A program made the position numbers and the translations under genes. From the IMG/VR virus record IMGVR_UViG_3300032294_002823: a DNA stretch of 64,000 nucleotides; one strand, 5' to 3'. Origin of the DNA: a virus. Of this stretch, positions 7,854 to 17,876 are shown piece after piece. Position 1 is the stretch's first letter, and each line of letters starts with the position of its first letter. Under the pieces are notes generated by a model, which worked only from the letters and a program-made list of their open reading frames with translations, was not told where the DNA came from and ran no database searches.

Positions 7854-9794
7854 ATGCCAACACAGGTACAGTTTCGCAGAGGTACTACAACACAGAACAA
7901 TAATTTCACAGGCGCTGCCGGTGAAATTTCTATAGATACCGAAGTAAAAACCATTAGATTACATGATGGCTCCACAGCGGGCGGTATAACAATGGCAAGA
8001 GCTGATTTGTCAAACACATCAGCCATTACTGGTTCTAGTACAACTACATTAACAAACAAGACATTCAATTTATCGAGCAATACATTATCAGGAACAATTG
8101 CTCAGTTCAACACCGCCCTTTCAGACGGTGATTTTGCCACATTGGCAGGTGTTGAAACATTAACAAACAAAACAATTAATGGTGATAACAACACCATTAC
8201 AAATATTGCCAATGGCTCATTAAAAAATAGTAGTATCACGATTAACGGTACATCAACATCACTAGGTGGTACACGAACACTTGTCACCGATGATATTGCA
8301 GAAACAGTCACACCTACCAATAGATATTTCACTGATGCGCGTGCGCGCGGTGTTATTTCTGTAACTGATTCAGGTGGTGATGGTAGTTTAAGTTACAACT
8401 CAACGTCGGGTGTCATCACATATACAGGTCCCAGTGCCACAGAAGTTCGAGCACATTTTTCAGGGGGCACAGGTGTCACAATTTCATCAGGTGTTGTGGC
8501 TATCGGACAAGAAGTAGGAACAGGCTCAAATGTTACATTTAACAATTTAACTGTTTCAGGAAATCTTACAGTTTCAGGCACAAGTACCACAGTTAATACT
8601 GAAACTATTAATCTTGCTGATAACATCATCGTATTGAATAGTAACGCCTCAGGAGCTCCTACTGAAAATGCCGGTCTTGAAGTAAGTAGAGGAACATCAG
8701 ATGCCGTTCAACTTCGTTGGAATGAAGCAAATGATGTATGGGAATACACCAATGACGGTACCACATATTTTGTTGTAACGGGTGCCACTGCAACACAAAC
8801 ATTGACAAACAAGACCATTAGTGGTTCTAGTAACACCATCAGTAATATTGCCAATAGTTCATTAACAAATAGCAGTATCACCATTAACGGTACATCAGTA
8901 TCATTGGGCGGCACACGAACATTAACTGCCGATGATGTTGCTGAAGCAGGTTCACCCACAAATAAGTATTTCACAGATGCGCGTGCTCGCGGCGCCATCT
9001 CTGTATCTGATGTAAGTGGCGATGGTAGCTTATCATATAGTTCATCTACGGGTGTCATCACATATACAGGTCCCAGTGCCACAGAAGTTCGTGCCCATCT
9101 ATCGGCAGGCACAGGATTAACATATACCTCAGGACAATTTGCCATTGATTCATCAGTTGTAACATTGTCAGGTGAACAAACATTAACCAATAAAACCATT
9201 AATGGTGACCAATTGGTTAACGGGTCTGTGGGAAATGTTAAGCTGTCACACAGTACCATTTCAGGTGTTGCATTAGGACATAATTTAAATGCACTAACAA
9301 TTGGTACAGGACTTTCAGGATCATCATATAATGGTTCAAGTTCTGTTACCATTGCCATTGATTCAACAGTTGCAACGTTGTCAGGCACACAAACATTAAC
9401 GAACAAAACTCTTACAAGTCCTACACTCACAACACCTACATTGGGTGTGGCAACAGCAACATCTGTTGCATTAGCCAATGGTATTCTTCGTTCAGCTACA
9501 CTGACAACATCTGCCACAACAGCAAATCAAGTGTTAGATAGTATTGCAATTGCAACATATAGAAGTGTGAAATATCAAATTTCCATCACATCAGGATCTG
9601 CATATCAAATGACTGAAGTTAGCCTCATTCATGATGGAACCGGAGCCTATATCACAGAATATGGTACCATTTCAACAGGCGCATCATTGGCAGACTTTCA
9701 TGCTGATATTTCAAGCGGTAATCTTCGTTTGTTAACAACACCCACAAACGCAGCCACTACATATAAAATCATGGCAACTGCCATCAACGTATAA
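7854..9794 (+). CDS. Tail fibre protein with an internal duplication
   Basis: VQFRRGT N-domain; repeated TLTNKT and YFTDARAR...TYTGPSATEVRAH blocks. Confidence 0.8.
   Translation: MPTQVQFRRGTTTQNNNFTGAAGEISIDTEVKTIRLHDGSTAGGITMARADLSNTSAITGSSTTTLTNKTFNLSSNTLSGTIAQFNTALSDGDFATLAGVETLTNKTINGDNNTITNIANGSLKNSSITINGTSTSLGGTRTLVTDDIAETVTPTNRYFTDARARGVISVTDSGGDGSLSYNSTSGVITYTGPSATEVRAHFSGGTGVTISSGVVAIGQEVGTGSNVTFNNLTVSGNLTVSGTSTTVNTETINLADNIIVLNSNASGAPTENAGLEVSRGTSDAVQLRWNEANDVWEYTNDGTTYFVVTGATATQTLTNKTISGSSNTISNIANSSLTNSSITINGTSVSLGGTRTLTADDVAEAGSPTNKYFTDARARGAISVSDVSGDGSLSYSSSTGVITYTGPSATEVRAHLSAGTGLTYTSGQFAIDSSVVTLSGEQTLTNKTINGDQLVNGSVGNVKLSHSTISGVALGHNLNALTIGTGLSGSSYNGSSSVTIAIDSTVATLSGTQTLTNKTLTSPTLTTPTLGVATATSVALANGILRSATLTTSATTANQVLDSIAIATYRSVKYQISITSGSAYQMTEVSLIHDGTGAYITEYGTISTGASLADFHADISSGNLRLLTTPTNAATTYKIMATAINV
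8407..9091 (+). repeat. Identical 43-bp direct repeat (8407-8449 and 9049-9091) within a duplicated fibre module
   Basis: cgggtgtcatcacatatacaggtcccagtgccacagaagttcg occurs twice. Confidence 0.85.
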
Positions 9795-9821
9795 TTTTAA
9801 CAGCCAAGAGGACAGAGAATC

Positions 9822-12260
9822 ATGGCAACAACAAAACGATTTGTCGCAAAAAACGGATTAGACAACAACGCTCAAAGCATCACAAACGTTGGTGTGTCAG
9901 GATCAACTTTAACAATGTCAAATGCCCATAGTTTGACATTAACAACATCAGGAAATTCAACATTAACAGTTCCCTCAGGATCAGCCACGTTACTTTCTAG
10001 TGGTGGCGCATTGGGAACTCCCAGTTCAGGTACATTAACCAACTGCTCAGGACTTCCTGTATCATCAGGTATTTCTGGATTAGGCACGGGTGTTGCCACA
10101 TTCTTGGCAACACCATCAAGTGCCAACCTATTAGCGGCTGTTACAGATGAAACAGGCACAGGCGCATTGGTGTTTGCCAATACTCCAACACTTGTCACAC
10201 CTACGTTAGGTGTCGCAACAGCAACTAGTGTCAACAAAGTTGCCATCACAGCTCCCGCGACATCAGCAACATTAACCATTGCTGATGGCAAGACATTAAC
10301 AGCAAGTAACACATTGACACTTACAGGTACCGATTCAAGTTCTGTGGCATTTGGCACAGGCGGTACAGTGGCATATACATCAAATAAACTCAGTGCATTT
10401 GCCTCAACATCATCGTCTGAATTGGCAGGAGTACTTTCAGATGAGACAGGTACAGGCGCGTTGGTGTTTGCCAATACTCCAACACTTGTTACACCTGTTC
10501 TTGGTACACCTACGTCAGGTACTTTATCAAACTGTACCGGTCTTCCTGTATCAACAGGTATTTCTGGATTGGGTACAGGTGTTGCCACATTCTTGGCAAC
10601 ACCAACAAGCGCAAATCTTCTTGCAGCAGTCACAGATGAAACAGGCACAGGTACTTTAGTATTCTCTGCTAGCCCTACATTCACAGGAACCGTTAGCGCC
10701 GCTAATTTGACATTGAGTGGCGATTTAACTGTGAACGGTACAACTACTACAATTAATTCAACAACAATTTCTGTTGACGATAAGAATATTGAATTAGGTG
10801 CTGTTTCATCTCCTTCCAATACAACAGCTGATAATGGTGGTATCACATTAAGAGGTACAACAGACAAAACATTTAATTGGGTGAACTCTACAGGTGCCTG
10901 GACAAGTTCTGAGCACATTGAAATTGCCTCAGGTAAGAGTTTGTTCCTCAAAGGTTCAACATCAGGAACCATCACAGTATCTCCTGCTGCAACAGCAGGC
11001 ACTAACACTCTTACTATCCCAGCAGTAACAGGTACTGTTGTTACAACAGGTGACACAGGAAGTGTCACAAACACCATGTTGGCGGGAAGTATTGCTAATG
11101 CTAAACTTACTAATAGTACCATCTCAGGTGTGGCATTAGGTAGTAATTTAAATACATTGACAATTGGTACTGGGTTGTCAGGCACAAGTTATAACGGATC
11201 AGCAGGTGTCACAATTGCCAATACAGGTGTCACAAGTAACGTGGCAGGCACAGGTATTTCTTTGTCAGGGGGCACGGGCGCTGTCACCATCACCAACTCA
11301 GGTGTAACAAGTGCTGTTGCGGGCACAGGTATTTCTTTGTCAGGCGGCACAGGTGCTGTTACCATTACAAACTCAGGTGTAACTGCTGTTAACGGCAGTA
11401 CAGGTTCTGTCACGGTAGCGGCAACCAATCAAACGATGAACATTGGTACCACAGCCGTTGCCATTAATCGAGGTTCGGCAAACTTAGCGTTGACAGGTAT
11501 TTCAAGTGTGGCAATGCCAGGCTCAACATCAGGTACAGTGACATTACAACCTGCAGCAACAGCAGGCACCACAACAATCACATTACCCGCTACAACAGGT
11601 ACTGTGATTACATCAGGTGATTCTAGTACAGTCACGAATACAATGTTGGCAGGTAGTATTGCCAACGCAAAGTTGACTAACAGTTCCGTTACTGTCACAG
11701 CGGGTACAGGTATGTCAGGCGGCGGTTCTGTTGCACTTGGTAGTTCAATAACCTTGACAAATGCGGGCGTCACAGGTATCACTGGAGGAACAGGCGTGAC
11801 TGCATCAGCCTCAACGGGCAGCGTAACGGTGTCTATCGGGCAAGCAGTAGCAACATCTTCAAACGTACAATTTGGTGGTATAGGTGTAGGCACAGGTACT
11901 ATTGCAAGTAACGAAGTTCGAGCAACAGGCGAAATCACAGCCTTCTTCTCATCGGATGCTCGATTGAAGGAAAATGTAACTCCTATTACTAACGCTCTAG
12001 AAAAGTTGAGTCAAATTCGCGGTGTGAAATTTGATTGGACACAAAGTCATATAGATAGTAGAGGCGGAGAAGATGGTTACTTTGTGCGTAAGCATGATGT
12101 GGGTGTGATTGCCCAAGAAGTTGAAGCTGTCCTTCCAGAAGTTGTTGCAGACAGAGAAGATGGATTCAAGGCTGTAAAGTATGACAAACTTGTTCCTCTT
12201 TTGATTGAAGCCATTAAGGAATTACAAGCCGAAGTTGCTGAACTCAAAAAATCTCGTTAA
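9822..12260 (+). CDS. Long tail fibre with C-terminal peptidase S74 intramolecular chaperone
   Basis: G/T/S-rich repeats (DETGTG, GVTS.VAGTGISLSGGTGAVTITN); SSDARLKENV...GVIAQEVE.VLPEVV...YDKLVPLLIEAIKEL. Confidence 0.85.
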   Translation: MATTKRFVAKNGLDNNAQSITNVGVSGSTLTMSNAHSLTLTTSGNSTLTVPSGSATLLSSGGALGTPSSGTLTNCSGLPVSSGISGLGTGVATFLATPSSANLLAAVTDETGTGALVFANTPTLVTPTLGVATATSVNKVAITAPATSATLTIADGKTLTASNTLTLTGTDSSSVAFGTGGTVAYTSNKLSAFASTSSSELAGVLSDETGTGALVFANTPTLVTPVLGTPTSGTLSNCTGLPVSTGISGLGTGVATFLATPTSANLLAAVTDETGTGTLVFSASPTFTGTVSAANLTLSGDLTVNGTTTTINSTTISVDDKNIELGAVSSPSNTTADNGGITLRGTTDKTFNWVNSTGAWTSSEHIEIASGKSLFLKGSTSGTITVSPAATAGTNTLTIPAVTGTVVTTGDTGSVTNTMLAGSIANAKLTNSTISGVALGSNLNTLTIGTGLSGTSYNGSAGVTIANTGVTSNVAGTGISLSGGTGAVTITNSGVTSAVAGTGISLSGGTGAVTITNSGVTAVNGSTGSVTVAATNQTMNIGTTAVAINRGSANLALTGISSVAMPGSTSGTVTLQPAATAGTTTITLPATTGTVITSGDSSTVTNTMLAGSIANAKLTNSSVTVTAGTGMSGGGSVALGSSITLTNAGVTGITGGTGVTASASTGSVTVSIGQAVATSSNVQFGGIGVGTGTIASNEVRATGEITAFFSSDARLKENVTPITNALEKLSQIRGVKFDWTQSHIDSRGGEDGYFVRKHDVGVIAQEVEAVLPEVVADREDGFKAVKYDKLVPLLIEAIKELQAEVAELKKSR

Positions 12261-12277
12261 TTTAGGAGTAGTATACC

Positions 12278-12556
12278 ATGGGTACAATACCAGCAACTGG
12301 TACTAGAATAGGTATGGGATTTGCAGCTAAAGCATTTGGGTTAGCTGGTAATGCAGCACGCGGTACATATGCTGTTCGATTACGCGGAAATTCCGGTGAT
12401 AATGCAGGTCTAGGACAAAATGCTTGGACTACGCTAAACTCCACCACATCAGGTACAACAGATAAACGAGGACAAGCTGCTCCAACCGGCACAATGCAAC
12501 TCAGTGCCCACTTAGGATTAAAATCCACCCCCTTTGATTACACTGGACCATCCTAA
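12278..12556 (+). CDS. Small protein downstream of fibre (possible tip/adhesin component)
   Basis: SD aggag; position directly after the S74 fibre; Gly/Thr-rich. Confidence 0.45.
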   Translation: MGTIPATGTRIGMGFAAKAFGLAGNAARGTYAVRLRGNSGDNAGLGQNAWTTLNSTTSGTTDKRGQAAPTGTMQLSAHLGLKSTPFDYTGPS

Positions 12557-12557
12557 C

Positions 12558-12586
12558 TTGACAATATAAGTAATAGTAGTTAAATT
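12558..12586 (+). promoter_or_regulatory. sigma70-type promoter
   Basis: TTGACA-N17-TAAATT. Confidence 0.65.
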
Positions 12587-12613
12587 AATACATTATTTCT
12601 TTTTGAGGTGATT

Positions 12614-13075
12614 ATGACTGACGTAAACATTGATACACTAATACAATCCATTAATGAAAACCCATCGGAATATGAAGAACGATATTTCCGATGGGTTTCT
12701 ATTGGTTATGACAAACAAACTCTCGTAAAGATGTTATATGAATTGAAATATCTTCGTGAGCAAGAAGTAAAGGATGAAAAGAAGATTGCGTTATTTGAAA
12801 AAATTTTAAGCGAACAAGATTTAAACTTTCTTCAAAATTTATTGTCCAATGACTTCCATGCCTCTAGAATGGCAATGATTGAAAAGTATTCTCGTATTGC
12901 TGCAATGGAAATTTTAATTGATGGTAAATATTCTGTTGAAACATTGAACACCATCACACAATTTCCTTTGGGTGATTATCAATTAGTGGTAATGAGAACA
13001 CAGGAACTAGTAGGTCTCATCAACGATATCTCCACCCAGGCATCTGATTTGGCATCAGGAGTTCCAGGATTATGA
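12614..13075 (+). CDS. Hypothetical protein
   Basis: ORF with SD gaggtg; overlaps the next gene by ATGA. Confidence 0.7.
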   Translation: MTDVNIDTLIQSINENPSEYEERYFRWVSIGYDKQTLVKMLYELKYLREQEVKDEKKIALFEKILSEQDLNFLQNLLSNDFHASRMAMIEKYSRIAAMEILIDGKYSVETLNTITQFPLGDYQLVVMRTQELVGLINDISTQASDLASGVPGL

Positions 13076-13779
13076 AAAGTTTATACACCGTGAGTAGTTG
13101 GAAAACAGGTAAAAAACAGGACAACCCCACAAAACTTGCCATTTTAGTTCCTTGCCGTGAAACAGTTGAAACACTGTTTGCATCAGCTTTGACGGAACTT
13201 GTTAAAGCCACAACAAAGGTGGGGATGGATGTCTATACTCTATTTGATACCAGTACGATTCTTTTAAATCAACGAGAAAAATTGGCACAGCAAGCATTAG
13301 AAATGAATGCTGACTATGTTCTTTGGTTGGATTCTGATATGATGTTTCCACCAACAACAGCACTTCGTTTAATGGCACATGATAAAGATATTGTTGCTGC
13401 CAATTATATGAAACGATCCACTCCGTTAACTACAGTAGCATATAAGACTCGGGGTGATTGGGATAGTTGGTTACCCCTAGAATCTCAAACAGATTTAGAA
13501 AAGGTAGAAGGTATTGGCATGGGATGTATGTTAATGAAAACACATATCCTACATGAATTAGAAAAACCTTGGTTTAGTTTTGAGTGGAAAGATGATTCAT
13601 GGCACGGGGAAGACTTTTTCTTTCAAGAAAAACTACGACAGGCAGGGCATGATATTTTTGTTGATATGAATCTAAGCCGTCAAATTCGTCATATAGGTAA
13701 CTGGGCATTTGGACCTAGTATTGGTACCAATCAAGAACAAATCATTAAACGTCAAATAAAGAGAAATAAAAATGCTTGA
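13072..13779 (+). CDS. GT-A fold glycosyltransferase (GT2-like)
   Basis: ADYVLWLDSDMMFP, GIGMGCMLM, GEDFFF and IRHIG motifs. Confidence 0.8.
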   Translation: MKSLYTVSSWKTGKKQDNPTKLAILVPCRETVETLFASALTELVKATTKVGMDVYTLFDTSTILLNQREKLAQQALEMNADYVLWLDSDMMFPPTTALRLMAHDKDIVAANYMKRSTPLTTVAYKTRGDWDSWLPLESQTDLEKVEGIGMGCMLMKTHILHELEKPWFSFEWKDDSWHGEDFFFQEKLRQAGHDIFVDMNLSRQIRHIGNWAFGPSIGTNQEQIIKRQIKRNKNA

Positions 13780-14893
13780 TAATGAAACTTGGTTATTGCA
13801 TAGTGACGTATTTAAAAAACATTGGATAGTTGAAAGTAAAAATTGGGCACGGTCTTTAGGTTGGTTTTCTGAACTACATGATAGTGCATTAGACACAGAT
13901 GGGTGGTTACTATATGGAGACCATGAGTTACAAGTATCTGATTACATCAATATTGTTGATGCTCTAGATGCTGAAAAGAAACTGTATGCATATAAAGATA
14001 ACAACTGGACCTTCATCCACGGACCTATACTTTTTACTGTTAGAAAAAATGACAATGAAGTGTTTGTTGCTGGTTGGGCAGGTGAAAAAAACATTATTGC
14101 TGAGTTAAAGGAAAAAGAAAATAATCCATGGCAGTGGCCGGGTATTCACACAGTAGAAATTACTCCTAAAATTGCCATGCCAGTATCACAAGCAATCGTA
14201 CCACAGAAAATTCAATTACCTGTATTTTTCGTCAGTAACGGTGAAACTAATGCTGAAGAAAATTGGCATCACCTTAAAAGAATTTGTCCTCGTGCACATC
14301 GCGTGGAAAACATCAATGGTAGACGACGGATGTTTCAAGAATGTGCCACATTGGCAGGAGCTGCATCGCACTTTTTCATTGTCACCGGAAAAAACTTTGT
14401 AACAGATAGTACTGTATTTGATTTCTATCCCACATCTGATGTTCCAAAATCTCATATTGTTTTTCAATCTCGGAATATGAGTAATCGTTTAGAATATGGA
14501 CATATGGCAATTGTGTGTTACAACACTGAAGTTGTACTCAGTACGCCCGAAACATTCGGTCTAGATTTCACTGAATATGGAACCATTCATCTAATACCTA
14601 AAACTGTGAGTGAAGGACACTTTGCTACAACACCGTTTGAAGCGTGGAGAACAGCATTCCGTGAAACTGTAAAACTTACTATGCGGGATAATCAGGAACA
14701 ATCAAAACAGTGGTTAAAACGTTGGCTATCGTTTGCTGAGGGTGCTCACAGTGAATGGGTACTGTTAGGTGCTCAACAAGGACACGAATATGCCTTACAG
14801 CATCGAGGAAATATTGAAGAACTATTAAAAACTGTGGATTGGAATTGGCTATCAGAGTATTTCCATAAAACAGCACAGGTTGTTTCAATATAA
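13772..14893 (+). CDS. Phage glycosyltransferase-like protein with a degenerate DxD site
   Basis: VFFVSNGETNAEENW...TPFEAWRTAFRETVKL resembles a phage GT-A-like family; FFIVTGKN sits where VDxD is expected. Confidence 0.45.
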   Translation: MLDNETWLLHSDVFKKHWIVESKNWARSLGWFSELHDSALDTDGWLLYGDHELQVSDYINIVDALDAEKKLYAYKDNNWTFIHGPILFTVRKNDNEVFVAGWAGEKNIIAELKEKENNPWQWPGIHTVEITPKIAMPVSQAIVPQKIQLPVFFVSNGETNAEENWHHLKRICPRAHRVENINGRRRMFQECATLAGAASHFFIVTGKNFVTDSTVFDFYPTSDVPKSHIVFQSRNMSNRLEYGHMAIVCYNTEVVLSTPETFGLDFTEYGTIHLIPKTVSEGHFATTPFEAWRTAFRETVKLTMRDNQEQSKQWLKRWLSFAEGAHSEWVLLGAQQGHEYALQHRGNIEELLKTVDWNWLSEYFHKTAQVVSI

Positions 14894-14904
14894 TCATGAA
14901 TTAG

Positions 14905-14912
14905 TATAAATA
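14905..14912 (+). promoter_or_regulatory. T4-type late promoter for gp13
   Basis: TATAAATA. Confidence 0.8.
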
Positions 14913-14940
14913 GTTGGGAGATGATTTCCCAACTATTTTT
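14908..14940 (+). terminator. Intrinsic terminator overlapping the late promoter
   Basis: Stem aaatagttgggag / tttcccaactattt followed by a T run. Confidence 0.7.
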
Positions 14941-14954
14941 ATTAGAGAGAGACC

Positions 14955-15929
14955 ATGGCTATTACAACACGCCAAGAATTAAAAGATTATTGTTTGCGTC
15001 GTTTAGGGTATCCCGTCATTGAAATCAATGTAGATGACGACCAAATAGAAGATAGAATTCAAGATGCCATTGACTTTTTTCATGAGTATCATTTCGATGG
15101 AGTGGAACGTGTTTATTTCACCCCAAAAATTACTTTATCTGAACTCTTTCTTTCAGGTATTTTAGGTGAAAATTTTGAAATAGGTGAGACTGTAGAAGGG
15201 GCAACATCAGAAGCCATAGGTGTTGTTGTTAGAAAATCACCTGGTATTTTAGTTATTAAAGGAGATGATCCTTTAAGACCTTTCGTTGCCAATGAAGTTA
15301 TTACAGGTTCGACTTCAGGATTTTCAACTACACTTCGAAACACGAATCCATATTTTGCAGGATCATTTGCAAAAAAATATTTTGATGTAGCGGACCCGGT
15401 CACAGGTGTTATCCGCGTTTTCCCATTGGGGTCAGCAGGATCAAGTTCAGCAGGCACCACAAATATTTTCAATGTTGTATATCAATTCAGATTGAATGAC
15501 ATGTATAATTTGTTGTCATCTGATGTTACATATTACAATCAAGTGAAAATGCACTTACAATTACTTGATGATATGTTTGCGGGTAATAGAACTATTCGTT
15601 TCAATAGAAAAATGAATCGTTTGTATATTGATGTAAATTGGGAAGAAACATTTTCTGAGGGTGATTATGTGGCAGTTGAGGCTTTTGTGATGGTTGAACC
15701 AGAAACATTCACAGAAGTATATAATGATATGTTTTTAAAGAGATATGCCACAGCCCTTATCAAACGTCAATGGGGTACAAACTTAAAGAAGTTCCAAGGT
15801 ATGCAACTTCCAGGCGGCGTTCAAATGGATGGTCAACGCATGTTCGAAGAATCCATGGAAGAAATTCGTCAAATCGAAACAGAAATGCAAAGTCGCTACG
15901 AACTTCCTGTTGACTTTATGGTGGGATAA
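14955..15929 (+). CDS. gp13: Neck protein gp13
   Basis: RQELKDYCLRRLGYPVIEINVDDDQIEDRI and YATALIKRQWG motifs; synteny. Confidence 0.95.
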   Translation: MAITTRQELKDYCLRRLGYPVIEINVDDDQIEDRIQDAIDFFHEYHFDGVERVYFTPKITLSELFLSGILGENFEIGETVEGATSEAIGVVVRKSPGILVIKGDDPLRPFVANEVITGSTSGFSTTLRNTNPYFAGSFAKKYFDVADPVTGVIRVFPLGSAGSSSAGTTNIFNVVYQFRLNDMYNLLSSDVTYYNQVKMHLQLLDDMFAGNRTIRFNRKMNRLYIDVNWEETFSEGDYVAVEAFVMVEPETFTEVYNDMFLKRYATALIKRQWGTNLKKFQGMQLPGGVQMDGQRMFEESMEEIRQIETEMQSRYELPVDFMVG

Positions 15930-16669
15930 TGCCAACCAATTTTTATTTTCAAAGCGGTAACACCTCGGGTGTTACCAATGAACAGCGACTTCTGGAAGAT
16001 TTAATCATTGAAAGCATCAAGATTTATGGTCATGATGTGTATTATCTTCCTCGTTCATCAGGTAATCAAGATAATGTATTGGGTGAAGATGTATTAAGTC
16101 GCTTTGATACTGCCATTCCATTAGAAATGTATTTGGCAAACATTCAAGGATGGGACGGAAATGGTGAATTGTTCACAAAGTTTGGTATCAATGTAAATGA
16201 CCAAGCTACGTTTGTTGTTTCAAAACGTAGATGGGAAGATACTGTAGGAGCAAGTCCACCTGAATTACTACAAATCCCATCTCGTCCCGCTGAAGGAGAT
16301 TTAATTTATCTCCCGAAAACTAACAGTATGTTTGAAATTAAGTTCGTGCAGCATCTTGATCCATTCTATCAATTAGGCAAATTTTACATCTACAGTATGA
16401 GTTGTGAATTGTATCAATACAGTTCAGAGGTGTTTGCAACAGGTGTTGCAGAAATTGATATCACGGTTGATACCATTACCCAAGATGCCTATGAATATGA
16501 AGTGTTAACTCAAACAGGCGGCAGATTGTTAACACAAGCAGGATTCTCAATTATCAAACAAGATTTCAAAACAATTGATAATGTACCGTTTTCTGACACA
16601 GAATTTTTTGAATCTGAGGGAAGCGACATTCTTGATTTTTCTGAAGTTAATCCATTTGGTGAATACTAA
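15929..16669 (+). CDS. gp14: Neck protein gp14
   Basis: ESIKIYGHDVYYLPR, RPAEGDLIYLP, PFYQLGK and NPFGE motifs. Confidence 0.95.
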   Translation: MPTNFYFQSGNTSGVTNEQRLLEDLIIESIKIYGHDVYYLPRSSGNQDNVLGEDVLSRFDTAIPLEMYLANIQGWDGNGELFTKFGINVNDQATFVVSKRRWEDTVGASPPELLQIPSRPAEGDLIYLPKTNSMFEIKFVQHLDPFYQLGKFYIYSMSCELYQYSSEVFATGVAEIDITVDTITQDAYEYEVLTQTGGRLLTQAGFSIIKQDFKTIDNVPFSDTEFFESEGSDILDFSEVNPFGEY

Positions 16670-17478
16670 TGTTTAATAATCGTCACTTCTATCATCAACA
16701 CATACGTAAGGCTATTATTGCTTTTGGTACGTTGTTCAATAACATCACGTTACGTAGAATAAACGCCGAAGGTGAAGTTGCACAAAGTTTGTTTGTGCCA
16801 TTAAGTTATGCCCCAAAGCAAAAGTTCATAGACCGTATTCGTGAAGCTCCTGAACTAGAAACAGGTCGTGCAACGTTTCAAATTACATTACCCCGTATGG
16901 GATTTGAGATAACAAATTTCAACTATGATGCATCTAGAAAATTAGCCGTTACACAAAATGTTCGTTCAGTTGATACAACAGGTACAACAAATACGGGTGT
17001 TCGCTATTCATATATTTCTACCCCATATAACATGGGGATTAGTTTAAGTGTGTTTGCAAAAAATCAAGATGATGGATTACAAATTGTGGAACAAATTCTC
17101 CCCTATTTCAATCCTGATTTCAATGTCACGATTAATGAAATTCCTGAACTGGGCGTGAAACGTGACCTACAAATTGTACTGGATAACATCAGTTATCAAG
17201 ATGAGTGGGAGGGAGGATTTGATAAGCGGTTGAGTGTAATTTGGGATTTGAACTTTACAATTAAAATGAACTTCTTTGGGTATGTGCAAGATGCCAATCT
17301 CATCAAGAAAACAATACAAAACATATATACAGATTATGGATTGTTTGAAGGACAACCTCCTACAAATACACAGGTTGGTAGAAGAATCACAACTACCACA
17401 GACCCAGAAAATGCAACACCTATAGATAATTATACATTCGTACAAGAATTTGATGACATTTTTTCGAGTGAAATATGA
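16669..17478 (+). CDS. gp15: Tail sheath stabilizer/terminator gp15
   Basis: FYHQHIRKAIIAFGTLFN, VPLSYAPKQKF, LPRMGFE and QIVEQILPYFNP. Confidence 0.95.
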   Translation: MFNNRHFYHQHIRKAIIAFGTLFNNITLRRINAEGEVAQSLFVPLSYAPKQKFIDRIREAPELETGRATFQITLPRMGFEITNFNYDASRKLAVTQNVRSVDTTGTTNTGVRYSYISTPYNMGISLSVFAKNQDDGLQIVEQILPYFNPDFNVTINEIPELGVKRDLQIVLDNISYQDEWEGGFDKRLSVIWDLNFTIKMNFFGYVQDANLIKKTIQNIYTDYGLFEGQPPTNTQVGRRITTTTDPENATPIDNYTFVQEFDDIFSSEI

Positions 17479-17876
17479 GCTTTGATAAGTTAGATGAAAA
17501 ATTTCAAGTTGTTTCAACGACAGTAGACGAGGTGGAAGAAAAAACATCTCCTGTAATAGAAGATGATGCCCAACACGCCCGTGAAACATTGAGAAATTTA
17601 ATTGATAAGGGGAATGAAGCCATTGACGGTATCTTACATATTGCAAAAAACAGTGACCATCCCCGAGCATATGAAGTTGCAGGACAACTCATTAAGACTG
17701 TTTCTGATACTGCCAAGGATTTACTTGAAGTTCAAAAGCGGAAAAAAGAATTGGAAAAAACAGATAAACCAAAAATACAGACACAAAACAATTTGTTCGT
17801 TGGTTCAACTCATGAGTTATTGAAAGCCATGAAGAAAGTCAATGAACCCATTACAATACAGGATGTAAATGATTGA
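17475..17876 (+). CDS. gp16: Terminase small subunit gp16
   Basis: HPRAYEVAGQLIK and NNLFVGST. Confidence 0.95.
   Translation: MSFDKLDEKFQVVSTTVDEVEEKTSPVIEDDAQHARETLRNLIDKGNEAIDGILHIAKNSDHPRAYEVAGQLIKTVSDTAKDLLEVQKRKKELEKTDKPKIQTQNNLFVGSTHELLKAMKKVNEPITIQDVND

Noticed and set aside
5529-11938. Long minus-strand ORFs opposite the fibre genes (for example 9872..11185 and 8708..9517)
   Set aside because: Val/Pro-rich antisense shadows arising from biased Thr/Gly/Ser codons; no motifs.
5344-12260. Diversity-generating retroelement suggested by Mtd_N-like domains and repeats
   Set aside because: No reverse transcriptase in the window, and no repeat pair with adenine-specific mismatches was seen.
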